64,000 nt of DNA from an uncultured Nitrosopumilaceae archaeon (GTDB lineage: Archaea > Thermoproteota > Nitrososphaeria > Nitrososphaerales > Nitrosopumilaceae). The notes under the pieces are model-generated. The model did no database searches and was not told the origin of the DNA. It worked only from the letters and a program-made list of their open reading frames with translations. Below are positions 18,388-28,537 of the stretch, piece after piece. How positions within the stretch are numbered: the first letter of the stretch is position 1; each line of letters starts with the position of its first letter. The DNA lies in contig CAZPGR010000006.1 of NCBI GenBank assembly GCA_964586685.1, forward strand, positions 9,391-73,390. The letters are read 5' to 3'. The position numbers and the translations under genes are program-made.

Positions 18388-18701
18388 TAGTTAGCGGAAT
18401 TGCAATTGCAGTTATTGCAGGTATATTTTTTGAAAGCTTAAACATTATTGCATCAATTTTTAATTTCAGGATATTGTTCACTTACATATTGATCAGTCTT
18501 TCTCTCATTAAATTAAGAAAAAAAGAACCGGACATAATAAGAGGTTTCAAGGTACCATTTTATCCGATTGTTCCAATAGCTGCAAATTGTAGTTCTATTA
18601 TTTTGATGTATTATCTATCTGACACTGCAAAAATTATTTCTGCAATTTGGACTGCAATAGGTGTAATATCATATATTGTTGTTATTAGAAAATCATCATA
18701 A
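18339..18701 (+). pseudogene. C-terminal remnant of an APC-family amino acid permease
   Basis: Open frame QFSHINNRFGTPFIAIIVSG...LRKKEPDIIRGFKVPFYP; in-frame TAG at 18336; N-terminal TM helices absent. Confidence 0.8.
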
Positions 18702-18787
18702 AAAAATTAGAAAGGAGTAGTTTAAATTTTTCAGAAAGAATCTTTCCAAATTTGGCTTTCCAGTTCCTGTCAAGCAGATTTGGAGTG

Positions 18788-19474
18788 TCACACATCGTGC
18801 AATGTTTTTTGATCAGTCTTTTTTGCATTTTTATTTGATGCATCAAGTATTTTTCGTATCTTTTGTGCACGGGCCTCTCCCATTCCTGCTATTTTGGACA
18901 GTTCCATAGATGTTGCATTCAAAGAGTTGCCGGTAGAGCCAAATTTTTCAAGCATCCTTGCTGCAAGTTTTTCCCCAACACCTGGCAGGCTGCATAGAAT
19001 AGATAGCTGTTGTTGTTGCAGGTCACCTGATTTTCGAATTTTTTTAAGAAACGGTCCCTTTACTGTACCCTGCCTTGCGCACATGGAAACCAACAACTTG
19101 GCAGTGTGTGACGCATTTGGAGTCGGGATTACAGGAATTTTAAAATCAAGTACGACCGAAGACATGGCACCATAAAAGACAAGGGGGTTTTCCGTGATTT
19201 TATCAATCTCATCCACATTTCCCTCTATGATTATAGTAGGATGCTCAAAGTGTTCCTTTAGTCTGCTGCATTGATCAAACAGCCTCCCATCAAACACTGA
19301 TGAGATAAAGTCACTTACACTTTTTCTCTCAACTATGGTCTCAGGTGCAACGATGTAGTCACCTACAGGCAAATTCATCATCTCAACTTTTACTCCAATC
19401 TGTTTTAACAAGTCAGGGATTCCACTTTTTTTCTCCCTTTCGTCAATTACCATTCGGAGATCTTCAATCTTCAT
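18788..19474 (-). CDS. xpf: XPF/ERCC4 structure-specific endonuclease
   Basis: GDY...VERKS..D nuclease motif and two HhH motifs. Confidence 0.92.
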   Translation of the reverse strand: MKIEDLRMVIDEREKKSGIPDLLKQIGVKVEMMNLPVGDYIVAPETIVERKSVSDFISSVFDGRLFDQCSRLKEHFEHPTIIIEGNVDEIDKITENPLVFYGAMSSVVLDFKIPVIPTPNASHTAKLLVSMCARQGTVKGPFLKKIRKSGDLQQQQLSILCSLPGVGEKLAARMLEKFGSTGNSLNATSMELSKIAGMGEARAQKIRKILDASNKNAKKTDQKTLHDV

Positions 19475-19501
19475 TAAACCATTTAGAATTCTGTAAATAT
19501 T

Positions 19502-19900
19502 TTATTTAGGAGTATCTGTCTTTGGTTGTCCCGGTGGAGCAGTAGCAGGGCCTCTGAGCATTTCTCGGATTTTTGTTTCTGCCTCTTTGAGGTTTTCTTT
19601 CACTCTGGCTTCTTGTTTGGTCAAGACTGTGAGTCTAGTATTTGCAAGTTCTTTTTTTTCTTGCAGTTCTAAAACTAATACTGCCTTGGTAGATTTTACA
19701 AGAATTGATCCTGCAGTCTTGTATACAGTATCGTCATCATTTGCCTTTTGCAAAACCTCAAGTGCTCTTTCAGTCTCCAAGTGTTCTGATTCAAGATGTT
19801 GTTTTTGCATCATGATAGACTGGAGGTTTTGTTGTAATTGCTGCAGTCTTCCCACTTGTTCTTGTAACCATGGAGGAATTTGTTGTTCGCCTGCAGACAT
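19502..19900 (-). CDS. pfdB: prefoldin beta subunit
   Basis: Coiled coils around the VYKTAGSILVK hairpin; superoperon context. Confidence 0.95.
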   Translation of the reverse strand: MSAGEQQIPPWLQEQVGRLQQLQQNLQSIMMQKQHLESEHLETERALEVLQKANDDDTVYKTAGSILVKSTKAVLVLELQEKKELANTRLTVLTKQEARVKENLKEAETKIREMLRGPATAPPGQPKTDTPK

Positions 19901-19923
19901 GACTGTCTGACCTGCTGTTTTGT

Positions 19924-20166
19924 TTATATCTTTACCGATTCGATTGAATCATGACTTGCCTGAACAAGCCTCAATGTAGAGTTCAGGTTTGCACGCAAAT
20001 GTGCAATCTCTTGCGCATCAATCATGATTGTAATTTTTTTGTCAAGTGAGAATTTTGTCTTGGTGGGATTTTCGTCGTAGAATTTATTGTCAATGTCTAT
20101 AGAATCAAAAACAGATTTGGTTTGTTTTCCTGCAGAAATTTCTATCTTGGCCTTATAGTTTGACAT
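19924..20166 (-). CDS. pcc1: KEOPS complex subunit Pcc1
   Basis: LRANLNSTLRL motif; position between rpl37ae and pfdB. Confidence 0.85.
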   Translation of the reverse strand: MSNYKAKIEISAGKQTKSVFDSIDIDNKFYDENPTKTKFSLDKKITIMIDAQEIAHLRANLNSTLRLVQASHDSIESVKI

Positions 20167-20368
20167 CGTATGCCAAGCCTGCTACTTTGAAGTTGCATTT
20201 TTTGCAAGCCCAGATTCCAACTGCCTCTCTTCCAAATCTCTCAGAACCACACTCTGGACATTTTCTTTGTGCCTTTAGTTGTCTGTGAACAGAAGTGTAT
20301 TTCTTTCGTGGTTTGAGACCATATTTTTGTCCCAGTCCCTTGAGTGAAGCGCTTTTTCCTTTTGCCAT
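20153..20368 (-). CDS. rpl37ae: 50S ribosomal protein eL43 (L37Ae)
   Basis: KYG, CPECG, GIWACKKC. Confidence 0.93.
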   Translation of the reverse strand: MAKGKSASLKGLGQKYGLKPRKKYTSVHRQLKAQRKCPECGSERFGREAVGIWACKKCNFKVAGLAYDVKL

Positions 20369-20370
20369 TC

Positions 20371-21186
20371 TTACATCAACTGCTCAAATTGCTTCCTTAT
20401 TTTTCTTCCTACAGCAAGTGCGGTCTCAGAGCACTGGATAAGTTGTTCAGCAGTAAATCCATCACTTCCACCTTTTTGTACAGCACAAATGTTGCCGTCA
20501 GAATTTGTTGTAATTGTAATTCTTGCATCCATGCATGATTCCTCGTCTTTTGTTGGATCAACTATGATGTAATCACCAATTCTTGCCATGGTAACAGATA
20601 CCGGCAATGTCTTTATTGGAGGCTTGGATGTCACCCCTTCTACAAGAGAAGGTGCATCATCTTTTATTTCCCATTTTGGAACAGTACAAGAAAGAATTGC
20701 GGCTACTGATGCATATGAGCAAGCATCAAAGAGATTTCCGCCAGAGTCAATCACACTGCTGTCAATGAACATTCCAATGACAGATTTATCCTCAATTAGT
20801 ACAAGTTGGTGCAAGTCAATCATTTCAGTCTCTCTTATTCCTCTGTCAACTACTCTAGCAAGCTCAATTACTTCTTCTCCTGGTGGGCCTGGTTCTGCAT
20901 TTGGATCTGCCAGTGGCAAAATCTCTGCAGTACAGATCAAGATTCCCTTGTCTCCAAGATCTGGAAATGGTTTATCCGGTTGTATCTTTACACCAGTTAT
21001 GACTTCGGTATTTCCAAGTTTAATTCTAGCAGAACCGTTTGCTTTTGGAATGACTCCTGTCTCAATGATAAGTTGTCTTTGCTCATCAAGTGATCTTCCG
21101 TCAATTCTTTTTCCGGTCTTTAGCAGATCCAGGATTTTATCTCGTTTTAGTTGATCTAGTATCTGAGAATTCAATTTATTGCTCAC
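20371..21186 (-). CDS. rrp42: exosome subunit Rrp42
   Basis: RIDGR, ELARVVDRGIRE, GNLFDA. Confidence 0.96.
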   Translation of the reverse strand: MSNKLNSQILDQLKRDKILDLLKTGKRIDGRSLDEQRQLIIETGVIPKANGSARIKLGNTEVITGVKIQPDKPFPDLGDKGILICTAEILPLADPNAEPGPPGEEVIELARVVDRGIRETEMIDLHQLVLIEDKSVIGMFIDSSVIDSGGNLFDACSYASVAAILSCTVPKWEIKDDAPSLVEGVTSKPPIKTLPVSVTMARIGDYIIVDPTKDEESCMDARITITTNSDGNICAVQKGGSDGFTAEQLIQCSETALAVGRKIRKQFEQLM

Positions 21187-21892
21187 CGTTTTGGAAGTAT
21201 TTTTCCATTAATGCTTTTCTTTGTACTTCGTAGACTCGTTTGCAGCCAACTAGTGCAGTCTGCATGCAGGTCTTGAATTCTTCTGGTTTTAGCATTCCAT
21301 CAAGCTGTAAAAGTGTGACTTTGCCAATGTTTGGCATCAATGCAACAGGCATGTCTGCCTGTCCTTCCTGGTCTTCTTCGTTGTTTACATCCAGAACTAT
21401 TCTGTCTGCAACTTTTCCTGCTGCACAAGCAGAGACCAAGTCACGCATTGGTATACCTGCATCTGCCAAGGCAACTGCTGCTGCATCAAGTGCTGCACAT
21501 CTTGAGCCTCCGTCTGCTTGTAGAACTTCAATGAATACATCGATTACAGTTCTAGGATAGTCTTTTAGTATAACAGCAGGTTGCAATGCTTCTTTGATAA
21601 CTTTGGATATTTCAATTTCTCTTCTTGATGGAGCAGGATTTTTTCTTTCAGTCACAGAGAAAGGTGACATGTGGTATCTGCATCGAAGAATTCCAGAGTC
21701 TGGGTTTGCCATGTGTTTTGGGTGAACATCTCTAGGACCAAATACTCCTGCCAAGATCTTGTTCTTTCCAAATTCAATATACGCAGAACCGTCTGCATTC
21801 TTTAGTACTCCGACTTTGATTGAGATGTTTCTAAGCTCATCTAATCTCCGTCCATCGCATCTAATTCCATCTTCAGTCATTAGTTGTGTCAT
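21176..21892 (-). CDS. rrp41: exosome subunit Rrp41
   Basis: ADGSAY, SRREIEISKVI, VLQADGGSR; start uncertain (21892 or 21904). Confidence 0.96.
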   Translation of the reverse strand: MTQLMTEDGIRCDGRRLDELRNISIKVGVLKNADGSAYIEFGKNKILAGVFGPRDVHPKHMANPDSGILRCRYHMSPFSVTERKNPAPSRREIEISKVIKEALQPAVILKDYPRTVIDVFIEVLQADGGSRCAALDAAAVALADAGIPMRDLVSACAAGKVADRIVLDVNNEEDQEGQADMPVALMPNIGKVTLLQLDGMLKPEEFKTCMQTALVGCKRVYEVQRKALMEKYFQNGEQ

Positions 21893-22577
21893 TATTTTCA
21901 CCATCTGTTACCCCAAGCATAGATTTGACTCTTTCAGTCAAGTTCGGCGTATGCGCGAGGGCATCAATCATTTTCACTGCTTCTACTGCCTTTAATAATC
22001 CCTCGGAATCTTCGCATGAAATTACTATCCATCCGTTTTGACCAATTGTAATAATTGCTTTAGTAGCCATTTCTATTGTTTGGATCATAGAACCGCGTTT
22101 GCCTATCAATCGAGGTACTTTGCTTGGAGAAATCTCCACTAGCTCACCTGATTCAATTTTTCCAAGATCTCTATCCTGTACAGTTAGAAGAGGATCTCTT
22201 GATCTATCAAAATTTGCAATTCTTGTTGCAACCAAATCTCCAATATCTAATCTCTGTCTGAGTTCATCCTTTGTGGGGGAATAGTCTCTTCCAAAGACAT
22301 CTTGGGCAGGCAAAAATCCAACAAAGCATGAGTTTATGTCAAATTCCCAAGACAGTGGTGAAGTTCCAATCACTTTGCCAATGACCAAGTCATTTGTCTT
22401 TGGCATGTATCCACCTGTTAGAGGAATTACTTTGACTGAATTTTCAAAAATTTCTGAAATACCAACACATGTTGAGATCATCCTGTCCCCATCCTGAAAC
22501 ACATTTTGTTCAGGCCTCAGAGGTCCAGTTGCTATTACGTCACCTGGAATAACATATCTGCGTTTGATGTCCATCAT
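21873..22577 (-). CDS. rrp4: exosome RNA-binding subunit Rrp4
   Basis: S1 domain plus KH motif KVPRLIGKRGSM. Confidence 0.96.
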   Translation of the reverse strand: MMDIKRRYVIPGDVIATGPLRPEQNVFQDGDRMISTCVGISEIFENSVKVIPLTGGYMPKTNDLVIGKVIGTSPLSWEFDINSCFVGFLPAQDVFGRDYSPTKDELRQRLDIGDLVATRIANFDRSRDPLLTVQDRDLGKIESGELVEISPSKVPRLIGKRGSMIQTIEMATKAIITIGQNGWIVISCEDSEGLLKAVEAVKMIDALAHTPNLTERVKSMLGVTDGENNDTTND

Positions 22578-23263
22578 TTTGCAACCTCAATAGAAGCAGT
22601 ACCTTTTGTTACAGAACCCAATCTATCCATTACATTTGCCCTTGCCGCCGCCGGTATATCTAGTATTACTTTGAGTGCACCATTTGATTGCCATTCTTCT
22701 TTTTGTAAAGTTCCAAATGACTTTAACACAGAATAAGATTGAGCTGCAAATTGTGCTGGCACAACAATTTCAAGAAGCATGTTTTCAGACTTTAGTGGAA
22801 TTATAGAACGGAGCTGTTCGATTATTTCTTTTATCTGCTCATCAGTATTTCTGAAAGGATCAACTGAAACCCTTGCATCATCCATTGCTTGTTCTATTCG
22901 AAGTGGAGGATGTGGCAAGTGTGATCTTGGATCAACATATGTCTTTGAGATAAAGTCCACAATCTGTTTGCGTTTCTCAGAGACCATCTTTCTTCTCTGA
23001 TCGGTAGTAAGGTTTAGCTCTCCCTTCTGGAGCATTATAGTTGCAACAGCAGTGGCATCAGTGGTTTTGAATGCCTTCATTAATTTCTCAGTAGATGCCC
23101 TTGTTCCCTTGTTGGAATCAGAGTAAATCTCGTCTGAGATCATTACACCTGAAATGTCCTTGCGTTTGCCCAGCTTGAATTCCAGGGCAGGATCAGGCTT
23201 GACCAATATCTCAAACTTTTCGCCTTCTACTGAAAATCTCACAATTGTTACTTTAGTATCCAT
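22574..23263 (-). CDS. sdo1: ribosome maturation factor SBDS/Sdo1
   Basis: GEKFEILV, LTTDQRR and DPRSHLPHPPLRIE motifs. Confidence 0.95.
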   Translation of the reverse strand: MDTKVTIVRFSVEGEKFEILVKPDPALEFKLGKRKDISGVMISDEIYSDSNKGTRASTEKLMKAFKTTDATAVATIMLQKGELNLTTDQRRKMVSEKRKQIVDFISKTYVDPRSHLPHPPLRIEQAMDDARVSVDPFRNTDEQIKEIIEQLRSIIPLKSENMLLEIVVPAQFAAQSYSVLKSFGTLQKEEWQSNGALKVILDIPAAARANVMDRLGSVTKGTASIEVAK

Positions 23264-23348
23264 AATTGAGGTACCCAGACTCGGTATTTATCTATAAAGA
23301 AAAACTCGCTAGATTTTTATTTGGAATTTCAGTCCTTTTTCGTAAGAT

Positions 23349-23984
23349 TTGACTTCTTTAGAGATTGTTCAAGAAAGTGGTAACAGTATAGTTGTAAAAT
23401 TAAAGGGTATACCTGTCCAGTATGCAAATGCACTGAGACGAATCTGTTTGGCAGGAATTCCAACATTTGCGGTAGATGACGTCATAATTATTGAAAATTC
23501 ATCAGTTTTGCCTGACGAGGGCGTAGCACACAGACTAGCAATGATGCCGTTGAGAACAGATCTTCAGAGATTTGTAGAACCATCATCATGTGACTGCCAC
23601 AGTGAACTCGGTTGCAGCAGATGCAGAGTATTGCTCATGCTAGATTCTGGTAATTCAGACACAACTCGCACCATAACTTCATCAGAGATAAGCTCAGAAG
23701 ACGAAGTTGTCAAGCCAGTCAGTCCAAACATTCCAATTGTAGCACTTGCACCAAGTCAGAAATTAAAAGTCGAGGCTTATGCAAGACTGGGAAGAGGCAA
23801 CGATCATGCCAAATGGAATTCTGCCACAGTTGCAGCCCTTACATCTACAAATAATCCTGAAGAACACATTTTGACATTAGAGACTACAGGCAGCCTTACT
23901 CCAAAAGAAGTTCTACGATCTGCCATCGAAGAACTAGAAAAGAGACTAGGCGAATTCCAAAAGAATGTAGCCGCGCTTGGTTGA
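23349..23984 (+). CDS. rpoD: RNA polymerase subunit Rpo3 (D)
   Basis: ANALRR, NSSVLPDE..AHRL, HAKW; Cys cluster. Confidence 0.96.
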   Translation: MTSLEIVQESGNSIVVKLKGIPVQYANALRRICLAGIPTFAVDDVIIIENSSVLPDEGVAHRLAMMPLRTDLQRFVEPSSCDCHSELGCSRCRVLLMLDSGNSDTTRTITSSEISSEDEVVKPVSPNIPIVALAPSQKLKVEAYARLGRGNDHAKWNSATVAALTSTNNPEEHILTLETTGSLTPKEVLRSAIEELEKRLGEFQKNVAALG

Positions 23985-24028
23985 TTGAAGCATATATTAT
24001 ATTTGGGTAAAAGTGGGCATTATTACAC

Positions 24029-24376
24029 ATGACTAATCAGATTGTCATTCAAATGGTGAAGACTTTGCGTGTAGCTTCAAAGAAGAACAACGCACCAATA
24101 TGGGAAAGATTAGCAGATCTGGCCTTAAAACCAACCAGAGCAAAAAGAACAATGAATTTGGGCCAGTTAGACAAATTTGTATCAGACAATGACGTTGTCG
24201 TAGTCCCAGGCAAGGTGCTCGGAACTGGCAGCCTCTCACACAAAATAACATTATGTTCATTTTCAATCTCAACTAGCGGCGCAAAAAAAATTGCAGAGTC
24301 AGGCGGAAAAGTATTAGACATATCACAGATTATCAAGAATCACCCAACTGGAAAAGGAGTAAAAATAATTGGCTAA
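24029..24376 (+). CDS. rpl18e: 50S ribosomal protein eL18
   Basis: VVVPGKVLGTG; operon context. Confidence 0.95.
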   Translation: MTNQIVIQMVKTLRVASKKNNAPIWERLADLALKPTRAKRTMNLGQLDKFVSDNDVVVVPGKVLGTGSLSHKITLCSFSISTSGAKKIAESGGKVLDISQIIKNHPTGKGVKIIG

Positions 24377-24851
24377 ACAAGTTTCCGAAGTAAAAGCAGC
24401 AGAAAAGAAACCAGCATCATCACAGGACATCATAGTAGATGGAACAAACATGATAGCAGGCAGACTTTGCTCCCATGTAGCAAAATTGCTCATAAAAGGA
24501 AACAAAGTATCAATTGTAAATACAGAAAGCATAATGATTTCAGGCGACAGAAAATTAATCATTGAAGAATATAGAAAATTCTTGGAGATTGGAAGTATCA
24601 ACAATCCAAAGTTTGGTCCATTCCACCCACGTAGACCAGACACCATCATAAGCAGAATGGTGCGAGGAATGTTGCCAAAGGATAAACCATCAGGCAAAAC
24701 AGCTTTGAAAAGATTAAGAGCATATCTTGGAGTACCAAACGAATTAAGATCAAAAAAGACAACACAGTTTGAAGATGCAAAGATTAGAAGACCTTCCCCA
24801 TATTATACAACTTTGGGAGAATTAGGTAAAATGGTTGGGTGGCACGAGTAA
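24369..24851 (+). CDS. rpl13: 50S ribosomal protein uL13
   Basis: GRLCSHVAK, GPFHPRRP..I..RMVRGMLP. Confidence 0.96.
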   Translation: MAKQVSEVKAAEKKPASSQDIIVDGTNMIAGRLCSHVAKLLIKGNKVSIVNTESIMISGDRKLIIEEYRKFLEIGSINNPKFGPFHPRRPDTIISRMVRGMLPKDKPSGKTALKRLRAYLGVPNELRSKKTTQFEDAKIRRPSPYYTTLGELGKMVGWHE

Positions 24852-25294
24852 TGGTAAAGTTAGAAAGCTATTATGCATCTAGAAAGACTGCACGAGCACA
24901 TGCATTCATTACAAAAGGAGTAGGCCGTGTTAGAATCAACAACATTCCAGTAGAGATGGTGCAACAAGAAGTCGCACGAGAAATCATGCTAGGCCCATTA
25001 GAAGTTGCAGGAGAACTTAGAAACAAAGTGGATCTTTCAGTCAAGGTCAAGGGAGGAGGTTTTGTCGGACAGTCTTATGCAAGTGCAATTGCAATGTCAA
25101 GAGCAATGACAGGCTGGACAAAATCAAGAAAGGAACCAAAAGACCATCCACTCACAAGAACAGTAAGAGAAGACCTCAGAAAACGATTGACTGAATTTGA
25201 TAAGCACCTGTTAAGCGGTGACGATAGAAGAAAGGAACCAAAGAAATTTGGTGGCCCCGGTGCTAGAAGAAGAAAGCAAAAGTCCTACAGATAG
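24851..25294 (+). CDS. rps9: 30S ribosomal protein uS9
   Basis: RKTARA, GGG..GQ, EPKKFGGPGARRRKQKSYR; TAATG overlap with rpl13. Confidence 0.96.
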   Translation: MVKLESYYASRKTARAHAFITKGVGRVRINNIPVEMVQQEVAREIMLGPLEVAGELRNKVDLSVKVKGGGFVGQSYASAIAMSRAMTGWTKSRKEPKDHPLTRTVREDLRKRLTEFDKHLLSGDDRRKEPKKFGGPGARRRKQKSYR

Positions 25295-25296
25295 CA

Positions 25297-26028
25297 TTGA
25301 AAGCTGTAATTTTGGCAGGAGGCCGCGGAACACGCGGGAGGCCATTTACAGATTACATCCCAAAAGCAATGATTCCAGTCCAGGGAAGGCCACTTGTTTA
25401 CTATATCGCAAAATATCTTGCCAAGTTTGACATTGTCGATGAAGTAATCATACTTGGTAACTTTTCAGGCATCGGAAAACAGATTGAAAAGTATTTTGAG
25501 AACCACATCGGATTTAAAAAGCCAATCAAGTTCATCCAAGATTCCCAGAGTGGTACAGGAGGAGACCTCATCCACCTAAAATCATCACTTGGCAAAAGCA
25601 AAGAATTTCTCTTGTGGTTTGTGGACAACTTGTGCCCAGTCGATATTGGTAAAATGTACAAATTTCACAAGGATTCCAAGACAGATGCCACAATAGCTGT
25701 TAGAAGATATAGAGATGAAGAGACAGGATTTGCAATAGTAAAAGATGGAATCATAAAAGAATTCAAGGAAAAACCCACAATCGAGCTCCAGATGTCAGAG
25801 TGTCTTGGCATATACATCATAGATTCAAGGGTAATCAATACAATCAAGACAAAAAAACAAAAGAAAAAAGATCTGAATCTTTCCTATGACATTTTACAGC
25901 CACTATCTAGGAAAGGAAAGATTGCCGCATATGACATTGGAAAAACCAAGTGGCTAGATATCGACTCACCAACACGTGCTGAGAGAAACAAAGAGTTGAT
26001 CGATTCAATAATAAAAAAATTCGGCTAG
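25297..26028 (+). CDS. sugar-phosphate nucleotidyltransferase family protein
   Basis: AVILAGGRGTR..P.T..IPKAM and FKEKP motifs. Confidence 0.9.
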   Translation: MKAVILAGGRGTRGRPFTDYIPKAMIPVQGRPLVYYIAKYLAKFDIVDEVIILGNFSGIGKQIEKYFENHIGFKKPIKFIQDSQSGTGGDLIHLKSSLGKSKEFLLWFVDNLCPVDIGKMYKFHKDSKTDATIAVRRYRDEETGFAIVKDGIIKEFKEKPTIELQMSECLGIYIIDSRVINTIKTKKQKKKDLNLSYDILQPLSRKGKIAAYDIGKTKWLDIDSPTRAERNKELIDSIIKKFG

Positions 26029-26594
26029 GGCTTGTGAGATTTTTCATATCGCACAATTGAATCTTCGTGCAATAGTGTTACTGCAATATCATCTAGGCCT
26101 TCTAGTAGAATTTTTTTCCAATGCGGCTCTATGTTAAATGAAATCTGTGCACCATCTGCCATGATTGATTGGCTTTCTAGGTCTACTTCGATTTCAGATT
26201 TTGTTGAAAACAATTTTTGTAGTGTTTCATCAGAGACCCGAATTGGCAGGACCCCGTTTTTGAAACAGTTATTGTAGAATATGTCAGCAAATGATGTAGA
26301 GATTACCACCTTGAAACCATAGTCATCAAGGGCCCACACAGCGTGTTCCCTGCTAGAGCCACAGCCAAAGTTGTCTCGTGCAAGCAAGATCTTTGAATTT
26401 TTGTACGCAGGATTATTTAGGACAAAGTCTTGCCTTGGAGTGCCTTTGTCATACCTCCAGTCATAAAACAAGTACTGTCCAAACCCAGTTCTCTGGATTA
26501 GTTTTAGAAATTGTTTTGGCACTATTTGGTCAGTGTCAACATTTACCTTGTCAAGTGGTGTTGCTATGCTTTTTATTTTTTTGAATGGTTGCAT
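26025..26594 (-). CDS. leuD: 3-isopropylmalate dehydratase small subunit (bacterial type)
   Basis: [37 protein letters not shown]. Confidence 0.95.
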   Translation of the reverse strand: MQPFKKIKSIATPLDKVNVDTDQIVPKQFLKLIQRTGFGQYLFYDWRYDKGTPRQDFVLNNPAYKNSKILLARDNFGCGSSREHAVWALDDYGFKVVISTSFADIFYNNCFKNGVLPIRVSDETLQKLFSTKSEIEVDLESQSIMADGAQISFNIEPHWKKILLEGLDDIAVTLLHEDSIVRYEKSHKP

Positions 26595-26595
26595 C

Positions 26596-28008
26596 TTAGT
26601 TCAAATCCAATTCCCGTACATCCACAAAATGCCCATGTATTGCAGCAGCTGCTGCCATCACAGGGCTTACAAGATGTGTCCGGCCTCCAGTGCCTTGCCT
26701 TCCTTCAAAGTTTCTGTTCGAAGTGCTTGCACATCGCTCCCCTGCTGATAAAATATCAGGATTCATGCCAAGGCACATGCTACAGCCAGATTCTCGCCAT
26801 TCAAATCCAGCATCTTTGAATATTTTGTCAAGGCCTATCTCTTCTGCGTTCTTCTTGACAAGTTGTGATCCAGGAACAACCATTGCCCGAACTTTTGCCG
26901 AAACTTTCTTATCCTTTACAACTTTGGCAGCTTCCATCAAGTCTTCTAATCTTGAATTTGTGCAAGAGCCGATGAACACTCTGTCAATTGCAATGTCTGT
27001 GATTGCAATGCCAGGCTTGAGGTCCATATACTGTAATGCCTTTTCTGCTCCTTTTTGTTCCTCCGGATTTCCTTTTCCGTATTCATCTGGGAACGGAACG
27101 TTTCCTGTAACATCAGTTGTCATGGCAGGGTTTGTCCCCCAGCTTACCTGAGGCACAATATTTTCTGCACCTAGTGTAAATGACTTGTCAAATTTTGCGC
27201 CACTGTCTGTTTTTAGATTTTCTCGCCAATAGTCTACATATTCATCATAATTTTCTGGCGAGTATCTCCTTCCCTTGAGATATTGGTATGTCTTTTCATC
27301 AGGGGCAATCAATCCAGCGCGCGCTCCTGCCTCTATTGACATATTGCAAATTGTCATTCTCTGCTCCATCGTAAGCTCTGATATGGCATCACCTCGATAC
27401 TCAATCACAGTACCTGTCCCTCCCGCAGTTCCAATTTTTCTAATTATTGATAGTATGATATCCTTTGCAGTTACTGCATGTGGATTTCTTCTTTTTCCCT
27501 GGATTTTGATTTCAAAAGTTTTTGGTTTTTCCATCATAATACATTGAGTAGCCAAGACATGTTCCACATCACTAGTTCCTATTCCAAATGCAAGAGAACC
27601 AAAGGCACCATGTGTTGATGTGTGGCTGTCACCACATACAATAGTTGTTCCAGGAAGTGTGATTCCCAATTCAGGGCCTATGACATGCACAATTCCCTGG
27701 TTAGGACTGTTAATATCAAATAGTGTGATTCCAAATTCCTTGCAGTTTTTCTCTAGTGTCTTGATTTGCATCGAAGATGTTTGGTCTACAATTGGTAGCG
27801 ATCTGTCACTTGTAGGTACGTTGTGGTCCATTGTTGCAAATGTAAGATCAGTTCGTCGAACTTTTCTGCCATTCATGCGCAACCCCTCAAAGGCCTGTGG
27901 AGATGTAACTTCATGGACAAGATGTCTGTCAACATAAAGTAGAGACCTTCCATCCTCTTCTGTTACAATATGCGAATCCCAAATTTTTTCAAAGAGTGTC
28001 CTTGACAT
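26596..28008 (-). CDS. leuC: 3-isopropylmalate dehydratase large subunit (bacterial type)
   Basis: [40 protein letters not shown]; start set at MSRTLFEK. Confidence 0.96.
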   Translation of the reverse strand: MSRTLFEKIWDSHIVTEEDGRSLLYVDRHLVHEVTSPQAFEGLRMNGRKVRRTDLTFATMDHNVPTSDRSLPIVDQTSSMQIKTLEKNCKEFGITLFDINSPNQGIVHVIGPELGITLPGTTIVCGDSHTSTHGAFGSLAFGIGTSDVEHVLATQCIMMEKPKTFEIKIQGKRRNPHAVTAKDIILSIIRKIGTAGGTGTVIEYRGDAISELTMEQRMTICNMSIEAGARAGLIAPDEKTYQYLKGRRYSPENYDEYVDYWRENLKTDSGAKFDKSFTLGAENIVPQVSWGTNPAMTTDVTGNVPFPDEYGKGNPEEQKGAEKALQYMDLKPGIAITDIAIDRVFIGSCTNSRLEDLMEAAKVVKDKKVSAKVRAMVVPGSQLVKKNAEEIGLDKIFKDAGFEWRESGCSMCLGMNPDILSAGERCASTSNRNFEGRQGTGGRTHLVSPVMAAAAAIHGHFVDVRELDLN

Positions 28009-28054
28009 TTGAATCACAATATGAAGAACCGGAGATATAATTGGTATGACTTTC

Positions 28055-28537
28055 CTATGGCTTGTAGTTGAATAGCCCGCCAGCTTCAATTATTTTGCCA
28101 ATCAGTTCTGGGAATGGCTTTATGGCATAGGTCTTGTTCTTGGTCAAGTTTTTGATTTCGTTTTTGGATATGTCAACTTCAAGCGAGTCGTTGTCTGAGA
28201 TGTCCTTGTATGCATTTTCATCAATTTCAATCGGAAGTAAAAATGCCCCATCTACTGCGTTTCTGTAAAATATTCTTGCAAAGGACAATGCCAAGACTGC
28301 CTTTATTCCAGAATATGACAGTGCAATTGGTGCATGTTCCCTAGAAGAGCCACAGCCAAAGTTTTTGCCGGCTACGATAAAGTCCCCAGGCTTTACTCTC
28401 TTGTGAAAGTCCTTGTCCAGTCCTTCCATTGCGTGTGTTGCAAGTTCGGCATAGTCATGAATCTTAAGATAGGGACCTGGCAGTATAACATCAGTATCAA
28501 TATTGTCGCGTGCGTATTTTATTACAGAGCCTTTCAT
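28055..28537 (-). CDS. homoaconitase/isopropylmalate isomerase small subunit (archaeal type)
   Basis: [33 protein letters not shown]. Confidence 0.9.
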   Translation of the reverse strand: MKGSVIKYARDNIDTDVILPGPYLKIHDYAELATHAMEGLDKDFHKRVKPGDFIVAGKNFGCGSSREHAPIALSYSGIKAVLALSFARIFYRNAVDGAFLLPIEIDENAYKDISDNDSLEVDISKNEIKNLTKNKTYAIKPFPELIGKIIEAGGLFNYKP

